In this document: piece after piece, positions 15,263-16,430 of the stretch
How the letters are laid out: every line of letters starts with the position of its first letter
How positions within the stretch are numbered: position 1 is the first letter of the stretch
DNA from: Candidatus Aegiribacteria sp.
GTDB taxonomy: Bacteria > Fermentibacterota > Fermentibacteria > Fermentibacterales > JCC-6
Length of the DNA: 16,430 bases
NCBI GenBank assembly: GCA_046498225.1
Contig: JAWOBF010000067.1
Location: forward strand, 1 to 16,430
Reading direction: 5' to 3'
The notes under the pieces: model-generated
The model's input: the letters and a program-made list of their open reading frames with translations, nothing else
Databases searched by the model: none
Told to the model about the DNA's origin: nothing
Translations under genes and position numbers: made by a program

Positions 15263-15960
15263 AACCCCAGGTTCATTCCGAAGTATACCATGCTTATTCC
15301 ATCAACATCACCTTCACCGGCCACCGGCTTGGTGTACTTGTACTCCCCGAAGAAGCTTATGGGCAGCATGGGGGGTTCGAAGATGGCACCCACCACTCCG
15401 TGTATACCCGGATGGACGTGATCGTAGGGGTCTATGCTGAGTTCGCCGCCGGTCTGCTGGTCAACCACCTGCATGAGCACATCAGCGTCGCTGAACAGGA
15501 TGTGGGCCCCGGCTCCGCCACCCACGTACGGCCTGAGCGGAAGGGCGGCGATGGGTATCTTAACCTTCATGGTGGCTCCCAGGTCTATATCGTGGAAGGT
15601 GGCGGTATAATTGTTCAGAAGCTGCGTTTCGGCGCTGTCCGCGGACCATCCCCACTCTTCCTCCAGGTACTGGGCGAGGCCGGTTGTGTCGTTCTGGAAG
15701 TTCTGCCCGTACTCGTCCTCGATGTAATTGACCAGATACTGCTGCATGGAGATGTCGCTCTCGCTGCCGGCGTAGGAGCCGCTTATCTCCAGGTCCACCA
15801 TGGGCAGGAGCGGCATCACTATCTGCCCTCCGAAAATACCTCCGGTGGCGCTCTGTCCGGTCCGGGGGTCGTCCCCGTCGTAATATCCGACCCTTCCGCC
15901 TATCTTCATTCCGGCGGCGGCCACTCCGCATACCATCAGGACTGTCAATATCTTTTTCAC
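15259..15960 (-). CDS. Outer-membrane beta-barrel protein (8-stranded OmpA/OmpW-like) with large loop insertion
   Basis: GTG start with AAGGAG SD, signal peptide, LRPYVGGGAG, FFGEYKY, C-terminal VYFGMNLGF beta-signal. Confidence 0.8.
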   Translation of the reverse strand: MKKILTVLMVCGVAAAGMKIGGRVGYYDGDDPRTGQSATGGIFGGQIVMPLLPMVDLEISGSYAGSESDISMQQYLVNYIEDEYGQNFQNDTTGLAQYLEEEWGWSADSAETQLLNNYTATFHDIDLGATMKVKIPIAALPLRPYVGGGAGAHILFSDADVLMQVVDQQTGGELSIDPYDHVHPGIHGVVGAIFEPPMLPISFFGEYKYTKPVAGEGDVDGISMVYFGMNLGF

Positions 15961-16026
15961 TTCATGCTCCTTTCGGCTACAATATAGTTCATAAAGGCAG
16001 AACAGCTACCTTACGGATAACGGGTA

Positions 16027-16056
16027 TTGACCACCTTGGTTCCCCTGCAGTAAGTT
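16027..16056 (+). promoter_or_regulatory. Possible sigma70 promoter for the C25-family gene
   Basis: TTGACC (16027-16032), 18 nt, TAAGTT (16051-16056) in an AT-rich intergenic region. Confidence 0.35.
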
Positions 16057-16120
16057 AATGCGTAATGCAGTATAAATCCATGTCACTTCAATCATTAACC
16101 ATTTAATGGAGGAAAAACGT

Positions 16121-16430
16121 ATGAGATGCGTCTTTTTTGTTCTTCTTCTGGCTTCCGCGGCTGTTCTGGCCGCCGGCAGCGTTTCCAGCTGGCAGTCCTT
16201 CGGGGGCGCCGGGGGTGAGGCACCCGCCCTGACCCTGCTGGAGTCCGACCAGAACCACATGGTCCTGGAGATATCCCTTCGGGGATTCAATCTCGACCAG
16301 AGACCCGCCGACGGGGACGTCTGGAACGTGGTGTCCCTTCCCGAATGCTACCCCCAGGGCGAAGTGGGGCTTCCGGCCCTTCCTTCGATAACCGAGATGT
16401 TCGCCCTGCCATTCGGCACCGAGGCGGTCG
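16121..16430 (+). CDS. Secreted protein with peptidase C25 (gingipain) propeptide-like N-terminus (partial)
   Basis: Not in the ORF track; SD GGAGG, ATG 16121, open to the window end: MRCVFFVLLLASAAVLAAG...LTLLESDQNHMVLEISLRGF...VSLPECYPQGEVGLPALPSITEMFALPFG. GxPxLPxxxxxxAxP is typical of the C25 propeptide. Confidence 0.75.
   Translation, partial: MRCVFFVLLLASAAVLAAGSVSSWQSFGGAGGEAPALTLLESDQNHMVLEISLRGFNLDQRPADGDVWNVVSLPECYPQGEVGLPALPSITEMFALPFGTEAV

Noticed and set aside
15957..15965. Minimal ORF ATG-AAG-TGA overlapping the GTG start of the barrel gene
   Set aside because: The ATG is only 1 nt from the SD, while the GTG is at a normal 6-nt spacing; probably incidental.
1..16430. CRISPR arrays, rRNA/tRNA, transposases, integrases, defence or phage genes
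   Set aside because: No spaced direct-repeat array, structured RNA gene or relevant protein motif seen; nearly all sequence is accounted for by CDSs with short spacers.

Overview
GC-rich, gene-dense bacterial chromosomal segment from a diderm organism; the secreted PAD-family and C25-propeptide proteins suggest, by inference only, an FCB-group anaerobe such as Fermentibacteria. About 18 CDSs: a secreted agmatine/peptidylarginine deiminase-family protein (partial), a DUF4139-like lipoprotein, an ABC ATPase with degenerate motifs plus permease, an exported hypothetical protein, an OmpR-family regulator/histidine kinase pair, fused SecDF, two probable outer-membrane beta-barrels, an rrf2-nifU-nifS Fe-S operon, an LpxL/HtrB-family acyltransferase, SuhB, several membrane hypotheticals and the start of a gingipain-type (C25) propeptide protein. 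No RNA gene, CRISPR array or mobile element was seen, and no clearly new multi-gene system is demonstrable. The most notable items are an atypical NifU (no middle ferredoxin domain, CxxC-less Nfu-like tail) with a four-Cys Rrf2 regulator and candidate operator, the PAD/C25 co-occurrence, degenerate catalytic motifs in the ABC ATPase and acyltransferase, and overlapping divergent promoters. All family assignments come from motif recognition by eye, not database searches.
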